From Candidatus Binatia bacterium (GTDB lineage Bacteria > Desulfobacterota > Binatia > UBA9968), in NCBI GenBank assembly GCA_036004365.1, contig DASYRN010000045.1, positions 7,637-71,636 of the forward strand: 64,000 nt of DNA, read 5' to 3'. A model generated the notes under the pieces. The model saw only the letters and a list, made by a program, of their open reading frames with translations, did not search any database and was not told the DNA's origin. Both the position numbers and the translations under genes were made by a program. Positions 11,044 through 20,929 of the stretch are shown piece by piece (the stretch's first letter is position 1; each line of letters starts with the position of its first letter).

Positions 11044-11778
11044 ATGGCGATTCTCGGCATCGACACTTCCACTGCCATCGCCAGCGTGGCCTTGGTGGAA
11101 ATGGGGAAGGTGGTCTGCGAGGAGATTCAGCAAGCTGGAAGTAAAACTAACGGCACGAGTCATGCCAACCATGCGGAGACTCTGTTGCCGTTAATTGATG
11201 GCATTCTCAAAAAGGCCTCTCTCCCCTTATCGGAGCTTTCCGCTATCGCACTCTCGATCGGTCCGGGATCTTTCACCGGTCTTCGGATCGGGTTGAGCAC
11301 CGTGAAAGGGCTCGCCTACGGCTCGAATATCTCGGTCGTTGGCATCTCCACATTGCTTGCGACGGCGGCGCGGGCAAAGGGCTGGGACGGCTTGGCGTGT
11401 CCTTTCCTCGATGCGCGAAAAAAAGAGGTCTATGCCGCGCTGTTCAGAAAGAAGGGTGAGAGCTTGGAGCGCCTGACCGAAGATCTCGTCGCTCCGCACC
11501 GAAAGATAGTCGAACTCGTTCTGTCCCGCGCCAACCAGGAGCGCTGCCTTTTCATCGGAGATGGGACTAAAACCTATGGTGACGTTCTTACCATGGCTCT
11601 CGGGGAAAAGTGTGTTTTGACCCTGGGCGAAGATTATCCCTCGACCGCTTCAGCAGTAGCCCGCTTGGCGGAAGAAAGATTGCGCGGCGAGCCATCCGAC
11701 CCGGTTGGTCCTTTGAGTCCGCTTTACCTTCGTCCTTCGGAGGCTGAGCTTAAACGGTTGAAGCAGGATGCGCAGTAG
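11044..11778 (+). CDS. tsaB: tRNA threonylcarbamoyladenosine biosynthesis protein TsaB (YeaZ)
   Basis: MAILGIDTSTA...GPGSFTGLRIG inactive Kae1/YgjD paralog signature; 244 aa. Confidence 0.85.
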   Translation: MAILGIDTSTAIASVALVEMGKVVCEEIQQAGSKTNGTSHANHAETLLPLIDGILKKASLPLSELSAIALSIGPGSFTGLRIGLSTVKGLAYGSNISVVGISTLLATAARAKGWDGLACPFLDARKKEVYAALFRKKGESLERLTEDLVAPHRKIVELVLSRANQERCLFIGDGTKTYGDVLTMALGEKCVLTLGEDYPSTASAVARLAEERLRGEPSDPVGPLSPLYLRPSEAELKRLKQDAQ

Positions 11779-11838
11779 CTCGATCGCTCCACTCGGGATT
11801 TGGTCAATTGAAAAAAAATTGTTCTCAGGTCGGTCACG

Positions 11839-11867
11839 TTGACAAAAAAAAGGGCGTAGGATAAGTT
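11839..11867 (+). promoter_or_regulatory. candidate sigma70 promoter for the DUF465-ilvB-ilvN operon
   Basis: TTGACA (11839-11844), 17-nt spacer, weak -10 TAAGTT; about 45 nt upstream of the strong Shine-Dalgarno sequence of the DUF465 gene. Confidence 0.3.
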
Positions 11868-11907
11868 AGCGATTTATGAAATAAAAAAACAAAATGAGGA
11901 GGCTCTC

Positions 11908-12153
11908 ATGGAGCAGCGAGAGGAAGAGCTGATCGTCTCTCTTTTGGACAAGGATGCGGAGCTGAAGAAATATTATGAAGAGCATCAGGAACTAGAGAAA
12001 AAGCTCTCGCTTTATCAGCATAAACCTCATCTGAGCGCGATGGAAGAAGTAGAGAAGAAAAGGCTTCAGAAACTCAAGCTTTTAGGAAAAGACAAAATCA
12101 TGGAAATTTTGGAGAGATACCGGCATGGACGAGCCCAAGGAGAAGCGAAATGA
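11908..12153 (+). CDS. DUF465 (YdcH-like) small coiled-coil protein
   Basis: 81 aa; EEH..LE....HKPH motif of DUF465; GAGGAGG Shine-Dalgarno sequence; 4-nt overlap with the ilvB start. Confidence 0.6.
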   Translation: MEQREEELIVSLLDKDAELKKYYEEHQELEKKLSLYQHKPHLSAMEEVEKKRLQKLKLLGKDKIMEILERYRHGRAQGEAK

Positions 12154-13928
12154 AAAAAACCGGCGCTGAGATATTTGTTGAGTCGCTCAAGCAGGAAGGT
12201 GTCAAAGTCGTCTTCGGCATCCCCGGAGGAGTCGTTTTAAAAATCTTTGATGTGTTGCACCAACAAAAGGACGTTGAAGTTATCCTGACCCGGCATGAAC
12301 AGGGTGCCGCCCATATGGCCGAGGGGTATGCGAAGGCGACAGGAAAGGCAGGAGTCGCGCTGGTGACTTCCGGCCCGGGAATGACCAACATCGTGACCGG
12401 TCTGACCGATGCTTTCATGGATTCAGTGCCTCTGGTTGCTTTTACCGGCCAGGTCTCGACTAGCTTGATCGGCAACGACGCCTTTCAGGAAGCGGACAAC
12501 GTGGGGATCAGCCGTCCCTGTACAAAGCACAACGTCTTGGTCAAAGACGTGAATGATCTGGCGCGCACCATCAAAGAAGCGTTTTACATCGCCACGACCG
12601 GGCGGCCCGGACCGGTGTTGGTCGATATTCCAAAAGATGTCAGCACCGAGAAGGCGGAATTCAAGTATCCGGACAAAGTGAGCCTGCGCGGTTACAATCC
12701 GACCTACGAGGGAAACAGATATCAGATTCGGCAGGCAGCCGAAGAGATCATGAACGCCAAGAAGCCGGTGATCTATGTCGGAGGCGGGGCGCTCTTTTCC
12801 GACGCAGCCGATGAGATCCTGGAATTGGCGGACATGACGCAAATTCCGGTCACGATGACGCTTATGGGCTTGGGAAGCTTTCCGGGAACTCACGCGCTTT
12901 CCATGGGAATGCTAGGCATGCACGGCGGTTACTGGACCAACATGGCGATGCATCAGGCCGATTTGCTCATCGCCGTTGGGGCGCGGTTTGATGACCGCGT
13001 CACCGGGAAGCTGTCCGATTTTTGCCCTGAGGCTAAGGTCATCCATATCGATATCGACCCGACTTCGATCAAGAAGAATGTCTTTACCCACATCCCCATC
13101 GTCGGGGATGTGAAGGCGGTGCTGCGGCAGCTCAATATCGTTCTGCGGTCGTTGGACGGCAATCAGGCTGAGCTCAAGGAAAGGCGGCGCCCCTGGCACA
13201 AGCAGATCGAGGAGTGGAAACGGGCCCACCCGCTGCGCTATCACCAGGACACCAAGATCACCAAGCCGCAGTACGTCATCGAGAAGCTCTACGAGATCAC
13301 CCGACACGATGCGATCGTCGCCACGGACGTCGGCCAACATCAGATGTGGGCCGCGCAGTATTTCAAGGGAACCAAGCCGCGGACCTTTCTCACCTCAGGC
13401 GGTCTGGGGACGATGGGATTCGGCTTCCCGGCCGCGCTCGGCGCGCAGAAGGCATACCCGGACAGGCTGGTGCTCTGCATCACGAGCGAGGGCAGCTTCC
13501 AGATGAATCTTCAGGAGCTGGCCACCGCGCAGGAACATAAGCTTCCGGTCAAGATCGTTTTGCTCAATAACGGATTTCACGGGATGGTGCGCCAATGGCA
13601 GGATCTCTTCTACGAAGGCCGTTATGCCGCCAGCTATCTTGGAAAACTCCCGGACTTCGTCAAGCTCGCCGACGCCTATGGCATCCGCGGCCTGCGCGCG
13701 GAGAAACCTTCCGAGGTCGAGTCGGTCATCCGGGAGGGGCTGAAGCACAAAGGCCCTGTGCTGATGGATTTTCAGGTTGACCCGTACGAAAACTGCTACC
13801 CGATGATCCCGGCGGGTGGCGCCCACCATGAGATGGTTCTCGAAGATCCACCCGAACTCAAGACCGCACGAAAGGGCGGAGTAGCAAAAAAGAAGGTTGA
13901 GGAGGGGGAAGGCGTTCTGCCCGCCTAG
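12150..13928 (+). CDS. ilvB: acetolactate synthase large subunit (biosynthetic, ThDP-dependent)
   Basis: 592 aa; ThDP-binding GDG...NN region; N-terminal IFGIPGG...; the small subunit gene follows. Confidence 0.9.
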   Translation: MKKTGAEIFVESLKQEGVKVVFGIPGGVVLKIFDVLHQQKDVEVILTRHEQGAAHMAEGYAKATGKAGVALVTSGPGMTNIVTGLTDAFMDSVPLVAFTGQVSTSLIGNDAFQEADNVGISRPCTKHNVLVKDVNDLARTIKEAFYIATTGRPGPVLVDIPKDVSTEKAEFKYPDKVSLRGYNPTYEGNRYQIRQAAEEIMNAKKPVIYVGGGALFSDAADEILELADMTQIPVTMTLMGLGSFPGTHALSMGMLGMHGGYWTNMAMHQADLLIAVGARFDDRVTGKLSDFCPEAKVIHIDIDPTSIKKNVFTHIPIVGDVKAVLRQLNIVLRSLDGNQAELKERRRPWHKQIEEWKRAHPLRYHQDTKITKPQYVIEKLYEITRHDAIVATDVGQHQMWAAQYFKGTKPRTFLTSGGLGTMGFGFPAALGAQKAYPDRLVLCITSEGSFQMNLQELATAQEHKLPVKIVLLNNGFHGMVRQWQDLFYEGRYAASYLGKLPDFVKLADAYGIRGLRAEKPSEVESVIREGLKHKGPVLMDFQVDPYENCYPMIPAGGAHHEMVLEDPPELKTARKGGVAKKKVEEGEGVLPA

Positions 13929-13935
13929 ACTACAA

Positions 13936-13977
13936 GTTTCGGGTTCCGAGTCCCGAGTTTCGAGTCAAACCCGAAAC
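13936..13977. repeat. perfect 10-nt inverted repeat hairpin between ilvB and ilvN (family F3)
   Basis: GTTTCGGGTT (13936-13945) pairs with AACCCGAAAC (13968-13977); the loop contains CGAGTTTCGAGTC. Confidence 0.5.
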
Positions 13978-14012
13978 GCGGAGCCAGAAACTCGACACTG
14001 ATCTTTGGTTGC

Positions 14013-14531
14013 ATGGAACATATCATTTCGATTCTCGTTGAGAATAAGTTCGGGGTATTGGCTCGCGTCGCGGGCCTGTTCAGCGCACGGGGCTACAACA
14101 TCGAAAGCCTCTCGGTTGCTCCGACGCTCGATCCGACGACTTCCATGATTACGATCGTGACGCAGGGGGAGGATCGGATCATCGAGCAGATCATCAAGCA
14201 GCTCAACAAGGTCATCGAGGTTCTCAAAGTGACCGACCTTACCGAGACGAGTTTTCTCGACCGCGAGACCGCTCTGATCAAGATCAACACCAAACCGGAG
14301 CACCGCGAGGAGGCGATCCGCATCGCGGAGATCTTTCGGGCGAAAATCGTCGACTCCTCGCCTATGACCTACACGATCGAGGTCACCGGCGACGTGGACA
14401 AGGTGGAGGCGCTCATCAATATGCTGCGCCCGCTCGGGATCAAAGAGCTCGTGCGCACAGGGCGCATCGCGATTGCTCGCGAAGGCGCGAAAGTATCCGT
14501 ACGCCGCGAAGCCCAGGCCGTGAAAGCCTGA
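14013..14531 (+). CDS. ilvN: acetolactate synthase small (regulatory) subunit
   Basis: ACT domain ILVENKFGVLARVAGLFSARGYNIESL; 172 aa. Confidence 0.9.
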   Translation: MEHIISILVENKFGVLARVAGLFSARGYNIESLSVAPTLDPTTSMITIVTQGEDRIIEQIIKQLNKVIEVLKVTDLTETSFLDRETALIKINTKPEHREEAIRIAEIFRAKIVDSSPMTYTIEVTGDVDKVEALINMLRPLGIKELVRTGRIAIAREGAKVSVRREAQAVKA

Positions 14532-14549
14532 AATTTTTTCACCCACTTT

Positions 14550-14592
14550 CCGTTTTCATCTTTCCGTTTTTATCCTTTATCCGTTCTTCTTG
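14550..14592. repeat. pyrimidine-strand copy of the GGATGAA/GGATAAG-type tandem repeat (family F1)
   Basis: TTCATCTTTCCGTTTTTATCCTTTATCCG; an inverted relative of the copy at 15730-15767 sits on the other side of the same gene. Confidence 0.4.
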
Positions 14593-14623
14593 CCTTGCCG
14601 TAAAGAATCGGCATACTGGCGGT

Positions 14624-15727
14624 ATGTTGAAGACTAGGATAAGAATTTTTCTCGCGCTTCTTACCGGACTGGTTCTGAGCAGCGTGCCGGCATCATCCGC
14701 GACGACCCAACCGAATGTTGAAGTTGTCGCCGAGGGATTAGAAACTCCCTGGGCGATCGCCTTCGCGCCCGACAGGCGCATCTTCATCACCGAGCGGCCG
14801 GGACGCATCCGGGTGATCAAAGACGGTAAATTGCAGAAAGAGCCGTGGATGGAGATCGAGATCTACGAGGCTGGTGAGGCGGGGCTTATGGGGCTCGCTC
14901 TGGACCCGCAATTTGAGCGCAATCGGTTTGTCTATGTCGCCTATACCCATCGCGACAGCGCCGGTCGGATGAGAAATCACCTGGCGAGGCTGCGGGAGGA
15001 TCAAGGCAAGGGCGTCATGGATAAGGTCTTAGTCGACGGAGCGAGAGGAGCCAGAAATCACGACGGCGCGCGGGTCAAGTTCGGTCCCGATGGGAAACTT
15101 TACTTGACGATGGGCGATGCCCAGGACGCGGACACAGCACAAAACCTATCTTCCTTGAACGGCAAAATACTCAGGATGAACCCGGACGGGACAATTCCCT
15201 CGGATAATCCCTTCAAAAATTCTCCGGTCTATTCTTATGGCCATAGAAACCCGCAGGGACTCGCCTGGCAGCCTGGGACCGGAAGGCTTTACGCGACCGA
15301 GCACGGTCCGAGCGGCTTTCAGGGATGCTGTCGCGATGAGCTGAATTTTATCGAGCCGGGAAAGAATTACGGTTGGCCGGTCATACGCGGCGACCAAACC
15401 CGCGAGGGGATGGTGCCGCCGATTCTCCACAGCGGAACGAACGAGACATGGGCTCCCTGCGGGGCGACCTTTGTGACGCGCGGGCCGTGGGCTGGATCGC
15501 TTGTATTTACCGGCCTGCGCGGACAGACCCTTTACCGCGTGATCTTGGACAAAGACGATCCGCGCAAAGTCGCCGGATTCGAACGGGACTTTGCACGTGA
15601 GTTCGGACGGCTGCGTGACGTAGTCGAGGGACCGGACGGCGCGCTCTATGTTCTCACCAGCAACCGCGACGGCCGCGGCAGCCCGGCGTCGAACGACGAC
15701 CGCGTGTTGCGGCTCACTCTTAAGTAA
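14624..15727 (+). CDS. PQQ-dependent soluble sugar (glucose/sorbosone) dehydrogenase, secreted
   Basis: Signal peptide; beta-propeller motifs TPWAIAFAPDRRIFITERPGRIRV and GHRNPQGLAW. Confidence 0.8.
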   Translation: MLKTRIRIFLALLTGLVLSSVPASSATTQPNVEVVAEGLETPWAIAFAPDRRIFITERPGRIRVIKDGKLQKEPWMEIEIYEAGEAGLMGLALDPQFERNRFVYVAYTHRDSAGRMRNHLARLREDQGKGVMDKVLVDGARGARNHDGARVKFGPDGKLYLTMGDAQDADTAQNLSSLNGKILRMNPDGTIPSDNPFKNSPVYSYGHRNPQGLAWQPGTGRLYATEHGPSGFQGCCRDELNFIEPGKNYGWPVIRGDQTREGMVPPILHSGTNETWAPCGATFVTRGPWAGSLVFTGLRGQTLYRVILDKDDPRKVAGFERDFAREFGRLRDVVEGPDGALYVLTSNRDGRGSPASNDDRVLRLTLK

Positions 15728-15729
15728 CA

Positions 15730-15767
15730 GGATGAAAGCGGAAATCGGAAAGATGAAATGAAAGGAA
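15730..15767. repeat. purine-strand F1 repeat
   Basis: GGATGAAAGCGGAAATCGGAAAGATGAAATGAAAGG; its reverse complement shares TTCATCTTTCCG with the 14550 copy. Confidence 0.4.
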
Positions 15768-15990
15768 TTGATTGCCTTGCGCCCTATCGACTCGCGCCTA
15801 TTCCATTTTTTGCTTTGCTAAAAAACTCAAAATCGTAGTAAAATTATCTTGTTTTCTCTACCTTTCCACACAATGCCGTGAAAGCCTTCGCAGAGGTTCA
15901 AGAAGAGACAGATAGGTGAAAGCCGCGTGCGACGTTGCGGCCCGAAATCCTACCTGTCATCAGGCGGGAATCGAAGAGGAGAAAATTTCC

Positions 15991-16611
15991 ATGGAAAGTC
16001 AGGATAAGTCTCCGGCAAAGGTCTATCCAGGTGGTTCAGCGGCTGAAAGTTTCGTTAATAGAGTTTTTGAGATCGTTAAGATAACCATCAAGGAAATTCC
16101 TCCGAGTGATCAGATCAAGCATTCTAACCCGGAGCTTCATGCCCGTGTATTGACAAAAGCAGCTGCTTTGAAGGCCGCCGCAGTATCAGGCACCTTGGCG
16201 CTCCCGCCCGGACCTTGGGGGCTTATGACCGTCTTGCCGGATCTGATCGAAATCTGGCGGCTGCAGGCTCGGCTCGTCTCCGATATAGCGGCCGTGTACG
16301 GAGAGAGAGCCAGCCTGACCCACGAAACATTGCTGTACTGCCTGTTTCGCCACGCCGTGGCTCAAGTCATCAGGGATTTGGTTACGCGCGTGGGCGAGAG
16401 AATCGTGGTCCAACGCGCCTCCTGGCGGCTGAGCCAGAGAATTCTACACAGGGTCGGTATGGAAATTACCCGGCGCGTCACCGGCAGGAGCGTCTCGCGT
16501 CTTCTTCCACTGATCGGAGCTTTAGGCGTCGCCGGGTACGCGTATTACGACACCGCGCAGGTCGGACAAACGGCCATCGAGTTTTTCAGCAGAGAAATTG
16601 AGCTTAAATAA
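15991..16611 (+). CDS. EcsC family protein
   Basis: About 206 aa with the EcsC-like architecture; start moved to the ATG after a GAGGAG Shine-Dalgarno sequence (the track uses an upstream GTG). Confidence 0.55.
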   Translation: MESQDKSPAKVYPGGSAAESFVNRVFEIVKITIKEIPPSDQIKHSNPELHARVLTKAAALKAAAVSGTLALPPGPWGLMTVLPDLIEIWRLQARLVSDIAAVYGERASLTHETLLYCLFRHAVAQVIRDLVTRVGERIVVQRASWRLSQRILHRVGMEITRRVTGRSVSRLLPLIGALGVAGYAYYDTAQVGQTAIEFFSREIELK

Positions 16612-16722
16612 CTAAGCACTTATCACAACTAACGAACACGATCACAAATCACGATCCGCCTTTTGCTCTTTCGATTCTATCCTTTATCCTTCATCCTTTA
16701 TTCTTTTTCTTGGAGGTAACCC

Positions 16723-17166
16723 GTGTATTACTTTGCCTACGGCTCGAACATGAACTGGGCGCAGATGAAGCAACGCTGCTCGTCGGCCAGGTTCGTGTCG
16801 GTGGCATGCCTGAAGGACCGCCGCTTTGCAATCACGCGACGATCGCGCCGGCGCCTGTGCGGGACGGCGGATGTCCTTCCTGAACCCGGCAGCGAGGTCT
16901 TGGGAGTCGTCTACGAGATCGATGATTGTGATCTCGGCCTACTCGATGGCTTCGAAGATGGCTACGGCAGAGAAAAGATGTTCGTGGATCCTATCGGCGA
17001 CGGCGGCCGTCGGCTGGAGGCGTGGGTTTATATCGCTGAGAAAGAAACGTATCCCCCGCTTCCCAACGCGCTCTACAAACGGCTCATCGTCGAGGGCGCG
17101 AGGCACTGGAAGCTGCCGGAAGCGTACATCGATATGCTGGAGAAAATCGAGATAGCAATCGAGTAA
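16723..17166 (+). CDS. gamma-glutamylcyclotransferase-like (AIG2/GGCT fold) protein
   Basis: N-terminal YFAYGSNM motif and a downstream catalytic E; 147 aa. Confidence 0.7.
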   Translation: MYYFAYGSNMNWAQMKQRCSSARFVSVACLKDRRFAITRRSRRRLCGTADVLPEPGSEVLGVVYEIDDCDLGLLDGFEDGYGREKMFVDPIGDGGRRLEAWVYIAEKETYPPLPNALYKRLIVEGARHWKLPEAYIDMLEKIEIAIE

Positions 17167-17257
17167 AGAGTAGCGAGTAACGAGGAAAGAGTTTAGAGTA
17201 GGAGTTCAGTCCTGTTTGTTACCTCATTACTCAATACTTGCTCCTTGCCCCTTTTGT

Positions 17258-17893
17258 TCACCTCGTTCCAGATGCGCGCACCGTGATCTGCGAGGCGGAA
17301 AGCGAACCGTCGGCTTGAGTCCCCTGGATCAACACCTCGGCGCCGGGCTTGAGCCATCCCGCGTCCCCGAGCACCCGCTTCACGACGGGGATATCCGGTG
17401 GCACAAGGACCTTGATCTCTCCATCCTTGTACTTGAGGGTCAGCATCCGTCCTTTCACGTCCTGAACCGCCACGTCTTCTACGGTCTCGACGTTGGCGTT
17501 CGTCATCGTCAATCCGCTTTGCGGCGCCGAACTCAGCGGTTTATGGCCTTCTCCGGTGCCACGTTGGTCCTCCGAGAATATATGCAATCGGGTGGCGCGG
17601 AACGTACCGTCAGCTGCTTTCGCCGCGGTGACCTCCACGTACATACCGGGTGTGATCTCAGAAAACTTGATTGGAACTTCACCGCGGATAATCGTCTTAT
17701 CCGCTGTCTTAACTTGGACGTCTCCGTTGGGGGCGGCGACGATCAATTCTTGGCCTTTAACAGACGTGATTTTCCCTGCGACGCTGACTGCGCCTTCCGC
17801 TGGACCGACTTGAGCTCGGAGGAGTGAAACCCCTAGGCTAAGGAAAATGGTCGGAAACAGCCAAAGAAAAATCGAAAGTGCAACTTTCATCAT
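17258..17893 (-). CDS. DUF5666 domain secreted protein
   Basis: Signal peptide MMKVALSIFLWLF...; two DUF5666-like halves; GGAGGG Shine-Dalgarno sequence before MMKV. Confidence 0.6.
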   Translation of the reverse strand: MMKVALSIFLWLFPTIFLSLGVSLLRAQVGPAEGAVSVAGKITSVKGQELIVAAPNGDVQVKTADKTIIRGEVPIKFSEITPGMYVEVTAAKAADGTFRATRLHIFSEDQRGTGEGHKPLSSAPQSGLTMTNANVETVEDVAVQDVKGRMLTLKYKDGEIKVLVPPDIPVVKRVLGDAGWLKPGAEVLIQGTQADGSLSASQITVRASGTR

Positions 17894-17911
17894 GCCCTCC
17901 TTCAAGCAGCC

Positions 17912-17996
17912 TGCCTTATCCTTCATCCTTTATCTCTTATCTTTTTTTGCCACGAACACGTATCACGAACACGTTTTTTTCCGTTTTCCGCTTTCA
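17912..17996. repeat. composite intergenic repeat: F1 - heptad F2 (CACGAAC ACGTAT CACGAAC ACG) - F1
   Basis: CTTATCCTTCATCCTTTATCTCTTATC ... CACGAACACGTATCACGAACACG ... CCGTTTTCCGCTTTCATCTTTCAT, in the divergent promoter region. Confidence 0.5.
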
Positions 17997-18122
17997 TCTT
18001 TCATAATTCCACATTCTCCTTGACCGTTCCTATATGTTAGTCGCCGATCCGGCGCAAGGCATGCTTCCTGCTCCCGGTCTGCCTTGACAGTCGCAGGGTT
18101 TTGGCTTAGACCGGCCCGAAGG

Positions 18123-19178
18123 ATGAAAACGCAAAATCGACCGATCAATCTTTTCGAATTTGAGACCGCCGCCAAGGAGCGCCTACCCAAGGAGGAGTAC
18201 GACTATATCGCCGGGGGTGCGACCGATGAGCTCAGTGTGGAGCGGAATCGCCGCGCCTTTGAGTCGTGGGCTTTGCGCCCGAGGGTGCTGAGGAACGTGA
18301 GCAAGCTTGACCTTTCGACCACGGTGCTGGGCACGAAGGTGAGCCTGCCGGTTCTTATCGCACCCTGCGGCGGGCATAAGAAGGCTCATCCCGAGGGAGA
18401 GTTCGCTACTTACCGGGCGGCGTCTGCAGTGGGGACCATCCTGGCGGTCAGCGCCAATGCAAGCACGAATTTCGAAGAATTAGCGACGGCGGCGGCCGGT
18501 CATCTCTGGATGCAGTTCTATCCTTTTCCGCACCGGGAAATGACCAAAACTTGGCTGCGCCGCGCGAAAGAAGCTGGCTATGAGGCGGTCTGTATGACTC
18601 TGGATTCCCAGTGGCCGCCCAAGCGGGAGCGCAATATCCGAAACAACTATAGAAGAAAGCGCGGAGTCAACTTTCCAACACTCGCTCCTGGGGAGGCCTC
18701 GCCCCAGGGCGGATGCGACCCTGCTGCGACTTGGAAGGATTTAGAGTGGATCAAATCGGAGACCGACCTTCCCGTCGTCGCCAAAGGCATCATGACGGGC
18801 GAGGACGTTGAAATGTGCGCGGAGGTTGGAGCCGACGCCGTCATCGTCTCCAACCACGGCGGCCGGCATCTCGATAACACGTTGGCGACGATCGAGGTTC
18901 TCTCCGAAGCCGTCGTCGCCGCTAAGGGGCGCATGGAGATTCTGCTGGATGGGGGTATTCGACGGGGAGCCGACGTCGTGAAGGCGCTGGCATTAGGGGC
19001 CAAGGCGGTTTTTATAGGCCGTCCGTTCTTCTGGGGTCTCGCCGTGGACGGCGAGCGAGGAGTTGTTCGAGTCTTGGAGATTCTCCGTGAGGAGATCGAG
19101 ATCACCATGGCCAAGTGCGGCAGGCCTACCATTGCGAGCATCGATTCCACTGTGGTGGTCAAGGCGCCGAGGTTGTGA
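18123..19178 (+). CDS. FMN-dependent alpha-hydroxy acid dehydrogenase (L-lactate dehydrogenase / glycolate oxidase family)
   Basis: TIM-barrel FMN motifs: LPVLIAPCG, SNHGGRHLD, and a C-terminal GADAV...GR. Confidence 0.8.
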   Translation: MKTQNRPINLFEFETAAKERLPKEEYDYIAGGATDELSVERNRRAFESWALRPRVLRNVSKLDLSTTVLGTKVSLPVLIAPCGGHKKAHPEGEFATYRAASAVGTILAVSANASTNFEELATAAAGHLWMQFYPFPHREMTKTWLRRAKEAGYEAVCMTLDSQWPPKRERNIRNNYRRKRGVNFPTLAPGEASPQGGCDPAATWKDLEWIKSETDLPVVAKGIMTGEDVEMCAEVGADAVIVSNHGGRHLDNTLATIEVLSEAVVAAKGRMEILLDGGIRRGADVVKALALGAKAVFIGRPFFWGLAVDGERGVVRVLEILREEIEITMAKCGRPTIASIDSTVVVKAPRL

Positions 19179-19258
19179 AAAAAAGGGCGTTCAATTGGGT
19201 CACGTTTTTCATAGGAGGCCCCGTGACGTGCGCGGTAGAAAGCCGCAAGCGAAGAGGG

Positions 19259-19498
19259 ATGAAGAGCGTATCTTATAAAGGCCACGTCATTGAGCTTGTC
19301 TCGCAAAAGCTTCGGTCCGGAAGATGGATTGCTCGCGCGACAGTGATCATCAATGAAGCGAATACCGTCAAAATGATCCCTATCTTCGGTCGCCGTCGAG
19401 CCAGCTTTGATAACCGGCGGGAGGCCGACGCCTATGCTTTGGAGCTGGCGAGGCTGTGGGTGGAGGGGAGAATCTGGGGAGCGAACGGCCACGGATAG
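19259..19498 (+). CDS. hypothetical small protein (79 aa)
   Basis: ORF with a GAAGAGGG Shine-Dalgarno-like sequence; no recognisable motif; 26 nt upstream of the next gene. Confidence 0.35.
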   Translation: MKSVSYKGHVIELVSQKLRSGRWIARATVIINEANTVKMIPIFGRRRASFDNRREADAYALELARLWVEGRIWGANGHG

Positions 19499-19524
19499 TG
19501 GAAGTGAGAAAAAGTAAAAGCTCC

Positions 19525-20058
19525 ATGATTCTTCACACCGCACTTACACAATTATCGGCTAATCAGTTCGTAGCCTTGATCTTGGATAACGAAGTGACGG
19601 TTGGCCATTTTGTTACAACTCCACCGCTACCCTGGACCCGTTTGACCCAGCGCAATGGAATCTACCAGGTCGCCAAAGGATATCCGTCTCTTTTGACGAC
19701 CGAGCAAGCCAAGTTCGAGATGAGAAACTGGGATGAGGTTTCGTTGCAGAGAATCATGGGCACGTTGAAAGAGCTGGATGACTCCGTGGATTATGTGCTC
19801 ATCGGAAACAATGCCGGCCAAGGGCTTCCGCTCGCTCAGAGCCTCCCGCAGAACTTAATCGGCAAGCACGCTGCGATCATCTACGGAGAGAGCCTTCCGG
19901 AAATAAAAGAATACGAGAAAACGGGTTATCGAACCTTCTTTCGGAGGAGCAAGGCTGCTTCCCGTCTGCTCGAGCTGACAAAGAGCGCGCGCCGACCTCT
20001 GGCCCTCTTCTTCATCAACACCATCCAACACAACGAGTTCAACTATCACGACCCGTAG
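19525..20058 (+). CDS. hypothetical protein (177 aa) with a Rossmann-like middle segment
   Basis: YVLIGNNAGQGLP...GKHAAIIYGESLP region suggests a nucleotide-binding fold; family not recognised. Confidence 0.45.
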   Translation: MILHTALTQLSANQFVALILDNEVTVGHFVTTPPLPWTRLTQRNGIYQVAKGYPSLLTTEQAKFEMRNWDEVSLQRIMGTLKELDDSVDYVLIGNNAGQGLPLAQSLPQNLIGKHAAIIYGESLPEIKEYEKTGYRTFFRRSKAASRLLELTKSARRPLALFFINTIQHNEFNYHDP

Positions 20059-20155
20059 TCAGAAAGGATGAGGGCGAAAGGATAAGGGATGAAAGTAAGT
20101 TAAAATCGAAAAGCGTGTCGGTTGTAAAGCTGGGAACGGTAAAGACACGACTAAC

Positions 20156-20794
20156 TCACAGTTTCGGAATCCGCAGGGTCTTACTAATCATGGCCGAACC
20201 GCTCACGAGATAGAGCAAGGAGAACGGGTGCCACTGCAGGGAGCCGATTTCGAAGACACCGAGTGGCAGATCGTCGCCGACGCGATCCATATGGAAGCAG
20301 AAAGCGAGCACAATAACGAGCACTAAACTGGAGGGAATTGGCGTTCCCTCGAAGTACTTTACTTTACCACCAAGGTCGGAAAATTCAGCCGCGGTGATGT
20401 TATACCGCGCTAGGCGGCTGATCCCGCAAACCACAAAGAATAAGAGGATAGGGACGTCTAGGCCACCGCGCATCCCCAATCCATAGGCGAGTGCCGTGGG
20501 TGCCACCCCGAAGCTCACAACATCCGCTAGCGAGTCGAGCTCCCCGCCGAAGCATGAATGCTTGTTGCGCCACCGGGCAACCCTGCCATCGGCCACATCC
20601 AATGCAAGAGCGAGCGGGAACAGCCCGACAGCCAAATAAACGCGCCAGCGGTCGGGCGTCACCAAGTAACTCATGATGGCAAAAATCGCCGCGGTTCCCA
20701 CGGCGCCGTTGCCAAGCGTGAGCAGATCCGCCACGTGATAACTGCGCAGCATGGAGAAGTGGACAGGCTTTTTTGGCGAAATGTCATGGTCCAT
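20156..20794 (-). CDS. pssA: CDP-diacylglycerol--serine O-phosphatidyltransferase (CDP-alcohol phosphatidyltransferase family)
   Basis: DGRVAR...GGELDSLADVVSFGVAP = D-G-x2-A-R...G-x3-D-x3-D motif. Confidence 0.8.
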   Translation of the reverse strand: MDHDISPKKPVHFSMLRSYHVADLLTLGNGAVGTAAIFAIMSYLVTPDRWRVYLAVGLFPLALALDVADGRVARWRNKHSCFGGELDSLADVVSFGVAPTALAYGLGMRGGLDVPILLFFVVCGISRLARYNITAAEFSDLGGKVKYFEGTPIPSSLVLVIVLAFCFHMDRVGDDLPLGVFEIGSLQWHPFSLLYLVSGSAMISKTLRIPKL

Positions 20795-20929
20795 CCAATG
20801 ATCTCCTCTTGGTCTTTTGTGAATCCATAGGACTACGCCAGAGTCGAGAATTCCCGAAGGGTCGAAATGGACGTGCGCCTGTCTTTTGCTAAGCGGTAGC
20901 TAAGAGGCAGGAGAGAGAACGCGAGGGTA

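Noticed and set aside
12098-12475. Antisense ORFs inside ilvB, and similar antisense ORFs inside rho, ribF, dxr, TctC and others
   Set aside because: Embedded in well-supported genes on the opposite strand; high-GC genomes generate long antisense ORFs by chance.
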